Positions 1 to 12,725 are shown, numbered from the whole stretch's first letter. The stretch: 63,714 nt of DNA, filler included, from Reticulomyxa filosa (GCA_000512085.1; 25 parts of 25 records of this genome joined end to end with filler, not necessarily neighbours in it); one strand, 5' to 3'. Numbers and translations are program-made. The notes: generated by a model from the letters alone, not told the origin.

Positions 1-2981
1 AGAATGGACACAAAATGGAAACCTAATCTTGTCACAATCACATCAATTGTATCTCTGGCAGAAAATTGATCATTTTTGGAAGTGATCCAATGAGTGAAGA
101 TTTGCTTCAATGGGTCACTTTGAATGTACGCCAATAGATCTATCACGAGTTATTTATTTTAAAAAATGACAAAACTTGTAGAGGAAAAAAACAAAATAAT
201 TAACTTTGCATTTGTCTATTGGTGTATCGATCGTAGAAATTGATCAATGATAATGATTCTGCTATCATTAGAGGAGAAGTAGGTATATTCAAAGACTGAT
301 TAGTAGGTACAACTATAAACTCATTGTTTATAATTGGTTTTATGTTGTTCATATGAATGCCATTCTCATACAATTCAATGAACGGATTGAAAGAATTATT
401 GTATAATGTCCTTGGACGCAAACACTTGAATACACTGCTCATCTTTAGTTTCTCAAACAGAGGATATTTCATCTCAGCATCTGATGGCGTGAATATAATC
501 TCAATCCAATGAATCCCTTTCCACATATAAAGCTGTTTCAAAAACCACACGTGTAAAGCATGTTCATACTGTCCATAACAACTGCTGAAATCCAACAATA
601 ATTTACTCATTTCTTCCAATGAATTAGATATACTCTGGTTTTGCTCAAGTTGTGGCAGGTCAATATTCTCATTAATCATAGCAAAAATAAGTTTGGCAAC
701 ATCCACTTTCACTTTTGAAATTTTTACAACATAAGAGGTATTATCTTTATCAAATAACTTCTTCCAGTCTTCGCTGTCTTCATTTATTTTTTTCTTCCAA
801 AGTATCAATTCCAAACAACGATTCAACCATGTTGCCTCATCCGAATACAAAGCAAGGTTATTATTCAAATATCCATATGACACCATTTCTTTCAAAATGT
901 GAAGTTTGGGAATGAGTTTATTTCCAATCTTGGAATTCAATTTTTGCAAAATTGAAATATATACCTTATGTTTATCTGTATTGTCCTCAATTCTTTCGAC
1001 ACGTTTGATTGTGCTGAGTAAATCTTGAATGAAATCAGAATATTTTTCTTTGGAGGCATTTCGATGAGTGGAATAACCTTGAAGGATATGGTCAATTGAT
1101 GTTTCATTTTCCAAAAAACCATGTTCAATCAAATGTTTTTCTTCATTTATAAATTCACTTGTTCCTAAATATATAACCCCAAGACGTTGAATTTCAATTT
1201 TACGGGCGTTGATCAATAACTTGTTCACAAGATTCGTATTGTCGTTTTGCAGGTGTTTAAGTAAGAAATTGAAAAGGATTGAAATCGAAATGGGAAAAGA
1301 TAGTATATCCCTACTTGTAGTATACATTTCCTTCAATGGAATCGACTCCCAAAGAGATAGAGTCATTTTTGCCAACCATTGTCCAGATTGGTTTTCAGGG
1401 ACATGTTCTTTCGCATGTGCAAGTTTGGAACAGATAGAGATCAAATATGAATAATGGAAAATGATGTGACGATAATGATGTATGGCCACTTCAATCGTGG
1501 CAATAGTCAATTTGCCACACAATAACAATGCCATAGACACAATCACATTTCGTAGAATGATTTGTTGATTTGGAGTGTGTAAACGCCATGAAAATTCAAA
1601 TCGAACCAAATCCATTGCATATTCATGAGTTACTTTCAGAGAATAATCCACTTCCCAATCTGTTAACTTGTCATTTCCAATTGGTATTTGTTCTAACATT
1701 GTTGCATGTGAACTTGGGTCATTGTTTGGTGCTTTGAAATTTGTCGAGAGTTGTCGTTGACACCACGAATGAATAGAATAACTAAATGGAAAAGAACATT
1801 GCAAATAATTTTGAATTGAATACAGTTGAGGATTAATTACAGCCAACAACAAGTGACTGGTGTCAATATCTACTGGTTTCATTCTGACCAACACTTCATT
1901 TTGCAATGCTCTTTCAAATAATTGTTGATACGTTTCGTTTTTCTTTTCGCCTCTCTTTGTTTTGCTTTCGACATATTTCTTTAGATTATTGTTTGTGTGT
2001 TGTATATGTTGCAAATGGTGAAATAAACAAAATAAATAAATGAAAATGTGACAAAACTGTAAAACCACCATTTTGATAAATAGTGAATAACACATTGACA
2101 AAAGTCAAAGTTAATAAAGTATCAATGATATTCTGATGTCTTTCGAAAAAAGATCCTTCCGTCCTTTTCTTTCCACTATTCTCTAAATCACACAAAATAT
2201 CTTTAATTGAATGATCGCCTATGGCTTTGAATATGAGAGTCTTTAATCTCTCTCCAAGGATTTTTACACATCCACGAAATCCTTTGTCCTCAAACAACAA
2301 TGATAAATGTTGTTTTTCTCTCAAAAGGTCAACGGAATGTGGAAAATGCAATTTCCCAAAAGCTCTGAGTGCGCATTTGGATAAATTCTACAAAAACAAT
2401 AGGCAGACAAGTTGAACATATTTCTTTGAATAAATAATGAATATTATTTTCTACCTGTTTGAATTGTCTATCAATCACATTTGTCACTGGTTCTTTCAAA
2501 TCTTTCTGCAATGATGTTGTGTCCGTTGATAATAAATAATCAACATAAAACATGTTCCATTTTCTATTTTTTTAAAAAAAGGGACTCCATTTTTGTTTGA
2601 CAAAAAGGATTGTTTTTGTAACTGTCGGAATATCAAAGGAAATGGTGATCTTTTGTTGGTATGGATCAGCAAAATAATCAATTTATGTTTTTCATTATTT
2701 GTTGGTTCATTATAAAATATGTGGTGCTCGAGTTGAAGAATATGAATGATTTGTTCCAATTGATATTTACTGTCGGGCATGTAACGACATTGTAAGATCA
2801 AAACACCTTCAGAGAGTTCATTTTTGAAGAATTCTTTGACTGTTTTTTCAAATTGGTCAACTTTTTTGAATGATGAGATATCCTTTGTGCATTTGATCCA
2901 TTCCGTTGGAATATTATATTTCAAATCATTTGTGATTACCATTACCATTTGATTTTTGCAGTTCTTTCGCTGAGTTTCCAC
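1..2981 (-). CDS. RNF213/mysterin-like giant protein, internal fragment (multi-exon, partial at both ends)
   Basis: Consecutive minus-strand ORFs 2496-2981, 2329-2553, 1986-2351 and 200-2101 carry, in the expected order, motifs I recall from RNF213 downstream of the AAA+ modules: VLILQC...IILLIH...FYVDYL; EGSFFERHQNIIDTLL...IYQNG; CSFPFSYSI; WFLKQLYMWKG; NPF. Frame changes are explained by short introns or homopolymer errors. Recognition is by eye. Confidence 0.6.
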
Positions 2982-3021
2982 AATTGTCCCCTTTTTTTTT
3001 TAAATATATTTGTGTCAATAT

Positions 3022-3121
3022 NNNNNNNNNNNNNNNNNNNNNNNNNNNNNNNNNNNNNNNNNNNNTTAATTAATTAANNNNNNNNNNNNNNNNNNNNNNN
3101 NNNNNNNNNNNNNNNNNNNNN
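3022..3121. other. Artificial contig linker (N-run + TTAATTAATTAA + N-run); 24 copies in the window, others starting near 4155, 5591, 7130, 9176, 10675, 13259, 14533, 15813, 17157, 27415, 28598, 31108, 33658, 35961, 39775, 44228, 46445, 47919, 52784, 53930, 58835, 60267, 62563
   Basis: Identical 100-nt spacer whose core places stop codons in all six frames; composition and gene content change abruptly across each copy. Confidence 0.98.
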
Positions 3122-3169
3122 AAAAAAAAAAAAAAAAACAGACTAAATAAAAAACCCTGCATACATCCA

Positions 3170-4125
3170 ATGCGGCTTGAAATGGCACAATCTCTCATGG
3201 AGCGTCTTTACAAATCGTTATCTTTTGCATGCAATTGCGTGGACTATCGTTGGTGGTGCAACAAAGACAGAGATCCTGGTGATGTCAAACGAGATGACAA
3301 TAACAATAAGAATAATGCTGATGATGATGATGACGATATTGATAATGACAACGATGACGAGGTGGAAACAATTGGACCAAGACTAATCTATTGTTGGATG
3401 CAATTTATAATGGTGGCTTGGAAAGACGCTTGTTTGTGGTCAAATTCAGAAAATCTGTTCCTACAACTTGTGCCATACGAACATGTGAAGACCATGTTGT
3501 GCACACAGCAACACTTTGTTGCCATTGCCAATGAACATCTGCCGCACTTTTTAAACGACAAATCGCACTACGATTTTTTTGCACTCGCGTTTACCAAGAC
3601 ACTCGGCAATGGAATGACCCTTTCCGATGAAATGTGGCGTTTGTACGTTCCTAACGTCGTCAAAAAATTTCATTTGATTGTGTTGTGCTTGCCTCATCCC
3701 AATGGCACCAAAGAGGAGGACTATAATTGTCACTGTGTCAACATCCAGAGTTATTCACAAATGTATTTGAGCTTTGCTGTTTTTGTTGCCGTTGACAATA
3801 TTGTTTCGTTTAACTTTTTGAATTTCCTTTTTCGTTGAGTTCACAAGACAATAATACATAAACATGTACACATATAATGTATATGTACACACATACACAC
3901 ATATTATGTTATGTAAATGACAAAGGTGAAAAGATATGGATACTCGAACAAGATGAAGATTTCTCCTGTGTGCAAATGGAACGTCAAAACAAAAGAATGG
4001 GTTGAAATGGTGACATGGGAGACAAGACTGGCGGATGTTCCTGAGCAGATTATTTCCGTGTGTTTGAAATTAAACGAAAGAGAACAAGCGAATAACTTGT
4101 GGAAGAAAAAGCCTCCATTCGGTAA
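3170..4125 (+). CDS. Hypothetical protein, internal exons (partial)
   Basis: 222-aa ORF with a D/N tract, then a (TA/CA)-rich intron, then a second exon near 3917-4125. No family recognised. Confidence 0.5.
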
Positions 4126-4329
4126 AAGTTTTTTTTGCATTCATGTGCGACTTANNNNNNNNNNNNNNNNNNNNNNNNNNNNNNNNNNNNNNNNNNNNTT
4201 AATTAATTAANNNNNNNNNNNNNNNNNNNNNNNNNNNNNNNNNNNNNNNNNNNNAGGTGCCGTTTTAGGTGTCAACTTTACTTTGCATTCTACTGTAAAT
4301 ACCAACAATGAAGAGTCACATACACACAC

Positions 4330-4940
4330 TTTAGTTTTCGTGTGAGTTGATACTGTTGTCTTTTTATTATCTGTTCCTCCAATGATATATCTCCTTTACT
4401 TTATATTGCAGCACAATTATATAATGGACTGGGTAAAGTGTTTTGAAATATCGTCCATTTGTTTTCTCGAATTGAATACTTGTGCACTGACATTGATATA
4501 ACAGTGCCAAGGACAACAGAATCCCATCCACCAAAGAACAAGATGATGTCATTGATACACATATGCATATTTATATAATTGTGCAACATCACGACAAACA
4601 TGCAGTTTATGAAATTGAAACTTATTTTTATCTTCATCATATTCAATTGATAATCCTGTCTTGTTACAAAACAACAACATTTGATAATTTTGTTTATTTT
4701 TTATTTTTTTTCATCATTTCTTGTCCGTTTTTTGAATTTGACACAAAGCAATGACAAAATATTGAATCATTAGTTGGTAAAGTATTATGTTTAATAAATT
4801 GAAATGTATTATTTTATCTCTAACTAAGCAATAGCATTTTTTTTCCTTTGTTTTCATTATATCTTGCTCTTTTTTGACTTTAATGAAATTGTATCAAATT
4901 ATTAGTGGTAAAACATTATGTTTAATAAATCAGGCTGTAT
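4330..4940 (-). pseudogene. Kelch-like beta-propeller pseudogene (expanded family)
   Basis: CINDIILFFGGW...SVHKYSIRENKWTIFQNTLPSPLYNCAAI is split across frames with stops; a paralog lies at about 61780-62260. Confidence 0.7.
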
Positions 4941-5400
4941 TTAAACCACACATTAATTTTATTTTTTGAATAAGTGATAAATAGCAAATATTTTTTTTCA
5001 TCAATCGTTGCATACACTTCTCGATAATTTCTTGGATGATCGTATGCCTGCGAAAGGATTGATTACAATTTTTTGGTTTCTTTCCAATAGAAAAAAAAAA
5101 CATTTGTATATGTATAAATAATTGATGTCATCATAAGTTCAATAAGCACAAAGTTTTGTTTGTAAATACTTTCTCATTACAAAATTTATATTTATTAGAT
5201 AAAACAAATTCATTTCAATTTTTTACGGCCCTTAGTGAGCTTAAAAAAAAAAAATTGAAACGCATCTTTTTCATCATCTTTGCATCATCAAAGATCATCT
5301 CAAGGAAAAAAAGGAGATACTTTAGCTTAGTAATGGAAGTTTCGTTTAAGTTGTTTTTTTAGGTTTTTGTTATTATTGTTTTTCTCATTTTGCTTTACGA

Positions 5401-5590
5401 CTAAAACAGTCAAAAGAAGAGATTCAAATTATTATCTATTATTGGATTCGAACATTAAACATTAAATTAGGATGGATCAAAGATTTTGACAAAATCATTA
5501 TCAATTATGTTAATTCATTTGTTCTTTCTTTTTTTAAATAATAATTAAATATTCCAATATTATTTAACATAGGTGTCTACTGTCTTCATG
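5401..5590 (+). CDS. N-terminal exons of the expanded WD40 family (partial)
   Basis: Reads KEEIQIIIYYWIRTLNIKLGWIKDFDKIIINY, then a GT..AG intron (about 5509-5572), then VSTVFM. I recall this leader preceding FRSSSKL...FTGHT WD40 repeats in this family. Confidence 0.6.
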
Positions 5591-5706
5591 NNNNNNNNNN
5601 NNNNNNNNNNNNNNNNNNNNNNNNNNNNNNNNNNTTAATTAATTAANNNNNNNNNNNNNNNNNNNNNNNNNNNNNNNNNNNNNNNNNNNNATATATATAT
5701 ATGTAC

Positions 5707-7129
5707 CTTGAAAATTTTTGCCTTGACATAGAGACGACATTGGTAGCGACAATTTGAATGATGGAACTACGAGCATGCGGCGTGGCATGTAGCAGCATAT
5801 GTTGAACGACATAATTTCCGTACTGGTCTTTGCTCAAGATGGCGATTTGTTTAAGTATTTCTTTGGACAGGGGTTCTTTCTGTTCGGGCGTGCAGCGTTC
5901 GAGCAGACGTTGAATAACACGACAGCCGTAGGGATGAGTGCTAAAGTCGTAGACTTTGCCGTGGAATGCCTTAACGACAAAGTGCAAGTATTCGGTGGGC
6001 ACCTGTTCGATGGCTTTTTGGATGACGTGATTTCCGTTTTGGTCGCGCACACATTCTTCCACATGTCCATCCAACTCGTTTACTAAGGCGATGCGCGTCA
6101 GCAGGTCGACGCACTCCAATGCCTTTTGGATGACGCGACATCCGTACATCGACTTAGTCAACGCGAGCACGTTGCCCGTCAATGTCTTTGCCAACTGCGC
6201 CTTCTGCTGGTCGCTGCCGTGGTCGAACAGCTTTTGGATCACGTAGTTGCCGAACACGTCTTCGCACAGCTTCAACGCACATCTCTCCACCTGTTTGAAC
6301 ACTGCGCTCTTCTCCGTCGTCGTCGCACTCTCCAACGCCCTTTGGATGAACCGAGACCCGTGCTGGTCTTGCGCGCATTTCTCTATCCACTCGTTCTCCA
6401 CTAAATACAGTAGCGACACTTCATTCTTGCCAAAATTCACCATTGTCACTTCTTCATTAGCATCATTGTTTCGTTCGTTTTCTTCGTCATCATCTTCATC
6501 ATTTTCATCAGCTTCGTCGTCATCTTCGTTGTCATCTTCGTTGTCGTTGTTGTATATGTTGTTCGAATACTGACCCTGCTCGTTCATTTGTTTATTGTAG
6601 TCGTTGTAACTGTAGTTGTAGTTGTGGTTGTGGCTGTAGCTGTCTCTTCCAGTCGTTGTTCCATTGCCGTTTTGCTCATGTTTGTGTTTTTGTTTTTGTT
6701 GTTTCTGTTTCATTTGCATTTGTAACAGTGTCTGCATTTCTCTTTCTTGCTCTCGTTCCATGTCGATCTCAATTTCGATTTCCGTCTCTGTCTCCGCTTC
6801 TGTTTCGGTCTCTCCTTCGTCGTGTGCTCGAGAACGAAGACGTGGATGTCCGGATGTTTCGTTTCCGTTGTGATAAGGATCCACGCGAACGTGTTCTCGC
6901 ATCCCATCCACGCCATTTATCCCCACTTCGGCATTGCGCAACTTCTGTTGTGACCTGTTGTGGTCGTCGTAGCGACTGGAATTAGAATTCGTTGCATGCA
7001 GTGAGTAGTGTTTCGATGTGGACGGTGCGTGGAGGTTTCCATTTGTATTTGGGCCCAATTCGGGCAGTGGAGAATGACGATGGTGAGAACGAGGATGAGA
7101 ACGAGAATGAGGATGAGGATGAGAATGAG
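5707..7129 (-). CDS. Pumilio/PUF RNA-binding protein (partial; PUF repeats 1-6 and start of 7)
   Basis: Repeats DQHGSRFIQ, DVFGNYVIQ, MYGCRVIQ, DQNGNHVIQ, HPYGCRVIQ, DQYGNYVVQ follow a low-complexity N-terminal region. Confidence 0.96.
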
Positions 7130-7269
7130 NNNNNNNNNNNNNNNNNNNNNNNNNNNNNNNNNNNNNNNNNNNNTTAATTAATTAANNNNNNNNNNNNNNN
7201 NNNNNNNNNNNNNNNNNNNNNNNNNNNNNTTTCATATTTAAAAACTACAAGATTAGTAGATATTTTTTA

Positions 7270-8780
7270 AAAAAATTAGGTTTAATTTCCAGAATAAGGT
7301 ATGCAACGAGAGCGAAATTCGCTATCAATAAACCCAGTTTGTTTTTTACTGATATTACCAGGATTTTCTCCAAAATTAATTAATAATTGTGGGAATGTGT
7401 CGATTTCTGAGAATCCTTTTTCCATGATGCAACTTCAAATTTATGAAAGATATTTTCTTTATATGTTTGCAATGTTTGTGGAGATGGATTTTGGACGAGT
7501 TCTTTTATAATTCCAATAGACATAAATATTACGCCATTCTTTTGTTTTTGAGACATAAAATAATTTTCTTTAATATTAATGGTACGTTGATATTGAGCAA
7601 CATGATGATCGGTTTGGAATAAATTTCCGGTATTATAACGAGAAAATTCAGCAGAGATTGCAATATTCAATGGACTAACACTAAAATTAAAAAAGCCATC
7701 AGGAATTTGACGATTAAAAATAAAATAATTTTTAATTTCTTCAATGATAGATTATTTTATTTCTTGAATGTCTTTAACAGAGATACTCTTGTTAATGGTA
7801 GGGAATCGTTTCATTTTTTCTAGTAAGTCTTGACATTCTTTAAACAATAAAAATAATTGGATAATGAAGTATAGACATATTTGAATTGCAATGATTCGGA
7901 TTAAAATACTTTTTAATACTTTTCCGAATATTTTTAGCGATTCAATTATTTTTTTATCACAATCAATAATGGCTTGGCATTGTTGAATAATTTTCCTTTT
8001 ATCGACAATTTCTTGAATTTTTTCAGGATCAATTTTTTCAAGACAATATTCGTCAAGAATTTTGTCTTTTCCTGAATTTTCCAATACTTGGCTTTTTTCT
8101 ATAATAATTTTTTCATTTTTTTCCAAATATTTTTTAAAACTTTGATAATGTTTTAATTGACGGGAAAATTCTTGTCTTAATAGACTGGTTCCTTCAACGG
8201 ATGATAAGCTGTTTAAAAGTTCGAACGATAAGTTTTCAAATAATCCAGTGGAAGCATCGTATTATCTAGAGATATCTTTTTCCATAGCAAAGGTAGTAAT
8301 TTTAAGCTGGAAGACCGAATAGTCAAAGGAATCGGCTTTTTCTTCTATTACTTGGTTTTGGTAAAAAGAAGAGAAGTTAATGAACAAAGAGGACATAATA
8401 CTTGCGACAAAGGACAGACGGACAAAGGACAGACGATCTTGTTCTTGTTCTTTATCTTTTTCATTTTCAATTTGTTCTTCTTCTTCCATTGGTTCTTTAC
8501 TAGAAGAATGGTCAACTGGTTGCAAATTTTTTTCCACTGGTTGCAAGTTTTTCCAGTTGGAAATTTTTAACTAGTTGCGAATTTCCTTTTCCAACAGAAA
8601 CGCGATCACCTTGTGACACAATGCGTTTTTTGGAGAGGGAATTTGGACAGTAGAGGGCAAACTAGCAGAGACGGCTACTTCATCTTCGTTTGCTTCTACT
8701 TTTTTTTCGGTTCCTTTTCTTTTTCGGCCATGCTTACGTCAGAAACAACATTTTCATTAATGCCACTATTTGACATTATT
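7270..8780 (-). pseudogene. Orphan intronless AT-rich reading frame with in-frame TAA stops and frameshifts
   Basis: ORFs 8262-8546, 7752-8126 and 7380-7670 share one frame, and the gaps between them translate openly; the only interruptions are TAA at 8262-8264 and 7752-7754. Confidence 0.55.
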
Positions 8781-9275
8781 TCTTTTATTTTTGCGAACTT
8801 GCGGGAGAGCGGTAGAGACAAAGTTTTACGTTAGGCCTTCGTCGGTGACGATTTTACAACTAGGCACAGGTTTTTTTCCAATTAAAAAACAAAACAAAGT
8901 AATTAGACGGATTTTATAGTCCGTTCATAGAAAAACATACTACAGTTTAATCAGTTGGTTTGAAGGCAAGGGTAAAGGTCCTCTTCTTTTTTGTTTTTAT
9001 TACCTTTTTTGATATTATTTAGGATATTTTTAATTATTTGTGATACATTAATATTTTTCCTAAAAGATATTTGCGTATCAACAAGTGGATTCCATTTTTT
9101 TATTGTATTTGTAGGACGTCAGCTGGAAGAGGTGTACTAAATGTAATACGAAAATGGTTTTGCTCAAGAAACCAANNNNNNNNNNNNNNNNNNNNNNNNN
9201 NNNNNNNNNNNNNNNNNNNTTAATTAATTAANNNNNNNNNNNNNNNNNNNNNNNNNNNNNNNNNNNNNNNNNNNN

Positions 9276-9840
9276 GATGAGGATGAGGATGAGAACAGAT
9301 CAGTGTGGAAGTCAAGAAAAACCATGGAATCGTCCAAACACACAAAGCCATCTTCGTCAAGACACAAGCACAATCGTCGAGAGCGCGACTTTGAGTATAC
9401 TTTCGACCACGATTGCGGACCAGAAGACAATATGGAAGAGAAAGCCGATGCAACGTCTACATCGTCGCGAAGAGATAATGAGAGTGAGAGGTTTGCATAT
9501 GTGTAGTATTGTGTTCTATTCTGCTATGTATATAAAATGAGCATCCATTGGACAAGTTCAACAAAACCAAACCAAATCAAACAAAACAAGCGCTGAATTG
9601 GACCAGTTTGAACGATCGAACAAGTTGAAATCACCACAACTGCCACAGGACGTCAGTGGAGACGAGCGTATGTATCACGAAAACAAAATTCGTGGTCCAC
9701 ACTCAGTGGATAGTGCACAAATGCAAGGGAAAAAAGCCAAACCAGACAACTCTGGCCAGATACGACGTCCAAAGCAAGTCGTTTAGTTTTTGTTGTTAAA
9801 GATGGAGGAGGGAGTTAATAATGACAATGATGACAATAAC

Positions 9841-9881
<41 letters not shown>

Positions 9882-10674
9882 TAAATATATCCATATACAA
9901 AAAAATAAAAAAAATGAAAGAGATTTGAAACAATTCTAGAAGAACGTCAACCAGGAATTAGCAACAACAACAGCAGCACTAGTGCTGGAAATACAAGTAG
10001 CAATATGAATAGCAACAGCAATAGCAACAGCCAATCGCAAGAGCTGTTGGAGTTGAAGAAAGCACTGCAAATAATGCAACTCAAAATGGACCAGTTGCAA
10101 TCCGATGCGAAAACAGAAAATACACAAATTAGTAGCGAATTGGAGAAATTTAACACTTCACTGACAGATCACAAAAAAAACTGGGAGGTTAAGTTTTTGC
10201 AATCTGTTGTATGTCCACATAAACATATATGTATATTATGTATATGTATATATTATGTATATTCAAATTTTCATATTTTTAAAAAAAAAAAAACAAAAAA
10301 CAAAAGGAATTGAAAAATCAAACGCAAAACAGTGTGTTGAATGACTTGGAAATGGAATTGAAAAAACTGGGAGACAAAAATGAAGCGATTTGGAAAAAGT
10401 TGGAACAGCTGAGCCTACGTATAACTATTTTGTCACAACGCAACTCGGATTCGATGGTATTGCTAAAGCAAGTCCAACACTTGGTCGCCGACGCCACAGC
10501 TAATATACCTCTTGCATCCAACGAAGAAAAGTGCAGGGATGAGCAAAAAATATTGGACTTGGAAACACAACGTTCGAATTTGGTCCAATCAAATGTTCTT
10601 CCTGTTGTATCAGCAGCACAAGCTCTCCCTCCTCCTCCTCCTCCTTCTCTTCATCCCTCCTCCTCCTCCTCCTC
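9276..10674 (+). CDS. Hypothetical coiled-coil protein with poly-Pro, multi-exon (partial)
   Basis: Exon-like ORFs 9303-9506, 9598-9786, 10005-10190 and 10310-10674 with heptad-like L/E/K/Q composition, separated by AT-rich introns. Confidence 0.55.
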
Positions 10675-10877
10675 NNNNNNNNNNNNNNNNNNNNNNNNNN
10701 NNNNNNNNNNNNNNNNNNTTAATTAATTAANNNNNNNNNNNNNNNNNNNNNNNNNNNNNNNNNNNNNNNNNNNNGCAAAAAAAAAAAAATGTAATAATTA
10801 TTAAGATGTATCCCATTTGTGTATATGCGTGTTGAAAAAAAAAAAAAAAAAAGGGGGAAGGGGGAAAAAAAAATACC

Positions 10878-11340
10878 TGACATAGTAACAATGCTTGAAA
10901 TCATTTCGAAAATCACCATTAAACTTCGCACCGTACATCCATCCAAAGTCATCCGTTTTCGAGAGGTCTACATTAATAGTCCAGTCTCCTTCCCAGACCA
11001 AATGACTGGGTAACTTGTAGTCTTGCAAACTCCTGTTTTGTACAATATGTTCGTTTGGGTGTATGAAGAACTCAGATTTGAAGGTGCTTAGGCTTTTTAC
11101 ACTTAGCATGCGACCGATAAACTCCCCTCCTTTAACTGAATATAACGGCCTTTTACTGTTTTGCTGTGACCTTTCGACACTTGGAACGGCGCGGAGGGAT
11201 CATTCGTCAGGAATGGAGGTCTCCAAAACACAACTGACTTACGCTGATACTCAAATACTTCAATACAAGGGAGATCTGTTTTGGTGTTAGTTGTCGAAGA
11301 CATGCTTTCTTGCAAAAAGTTCCAAATGAACTTCCATACT
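10878..11340 (-). CDS. Dysferlin (DysF/Pex24-type) domain protein (partial; one frameshift near 11135)
   Basis: IEVFEYQR...W matches DysFN; LPSHLVWEGDWTINVD...DDFGWMYG...YVR matches DysFC. Confidence 0.75.
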
Positions 11341-12725
11341 CAACTCCTTTTAACATACCTCTGCAACTTTTTTTGTTGTTACATATTTTTCTGGGGAAAA
11401 TACTTTATACTATCAGCAAAATCTCAAGGCTATTGTTTTTATTAAACGTTAAAGCAGCTTAATCCTTTAATTACACCTAAGTTTACCGTTATGTAAAAAA
11501 AAAAACAAGTAAGAAAATGACCACCATTAATAATAATTGCTCTTTTTAATTTATGACAATATATCCGTATAGAACTGTGGAATGTCTGCCGCTGAAAAGA
11601 CCCGCACAAAGTGTAATACGAAAGGTTGATTAGCTCTCCTGAGCAAACTTTCAACAAAACGAAATTTGTTAAATAACGAGAAAATAACGATCAAAAACAA
11701 ACAAGCAAAAACTAAGAAGAACGAAAGACTGAGGAATGAAGTGAGTGTGAACCAGAATAAAGGGAGTTCTGAGGTTCACACATTGAATCAATTAAGGGAA
11801 GAGTTGATAGAAAAAAGGAATATTTACAATATCAAATTTGTGATTTCTTGGTTCCGTATAAAGCAAAAAGTAAATACCGAACGTGTAACCTTTTTTGAAA
11901 AAATTGGTTCGACTATTTAAATGTGCAAGCGTGCAACATATTTTAAACTACTCTCATAAAGCAAGAAAAGGGAAAATAACTTGAGCAATTTCTTTCAAAT
12001 ATCTTTTTATGAGCCAAAACTCAAAATATTTTTCCATATTAAAAACTCGATCATAATTTTTCTAAAAAGAATTTTATGAACGTGCAATATAGAACCTAGA
12101 GGTACTAAACGGAAGGGCAAAGGGGGGGAAGGGAAAAAAAGGAATGTCTCTCCAAATAAGATTTGTTGAAGATTTGTGAGGGTGCCAAACTTACACAACT
12201 TACATTGTTTTCTCCCTTTGCAAACACATCCCAAAATAATAATAATAATAAAAAATATTTGTAAAGAAAAGGGGAAAAAAAAACATCAAAATAAACTATA
12301 TCGGAATATGTAAGTATTGAATATTAGTCGCTGATCAAAATAAGCTCAAGCACAAAATTTCATTTACAGCAGAACCATATTGTTCGCCTTATTTTCTATT
12401 ATTATCTCTTTGTCTGAAAGAATAGGGGAAAAAAACATAAAAAAACGGGGAGAAAAACAATCAATTGCAGAAAGGACACGTATGTTTTTCAGAAGAGTTT
12501 GTTTTGGCAAAGCATTTTCACGCGGATCGACCAATCACACACAAAAAAAAACAAACAAAAACAAAAAAACAAACAAAAAATCACACCCTACACAAAATAC
12601 GAGGAAGGTTGGAAAAAAGAGGTCCTTTTTACTGGACCATGACAAAACACCAAACAAAATGAAACAAAGTAACAAAAAAAAAAAAAAGGGGGGGTGGAAG
12701 AAGGGCACTAAGGAAGAAAAGAATT

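Noticed and set aside
7270-8780. Alternative genetic code (TAA=Gln) for the whole organism
   Set aside because: Conserved genes here (NKAP, G-alpha, TFB5, MPP-alpha) end at TAA and lack internal TAA/TAG, so the standard code applies.
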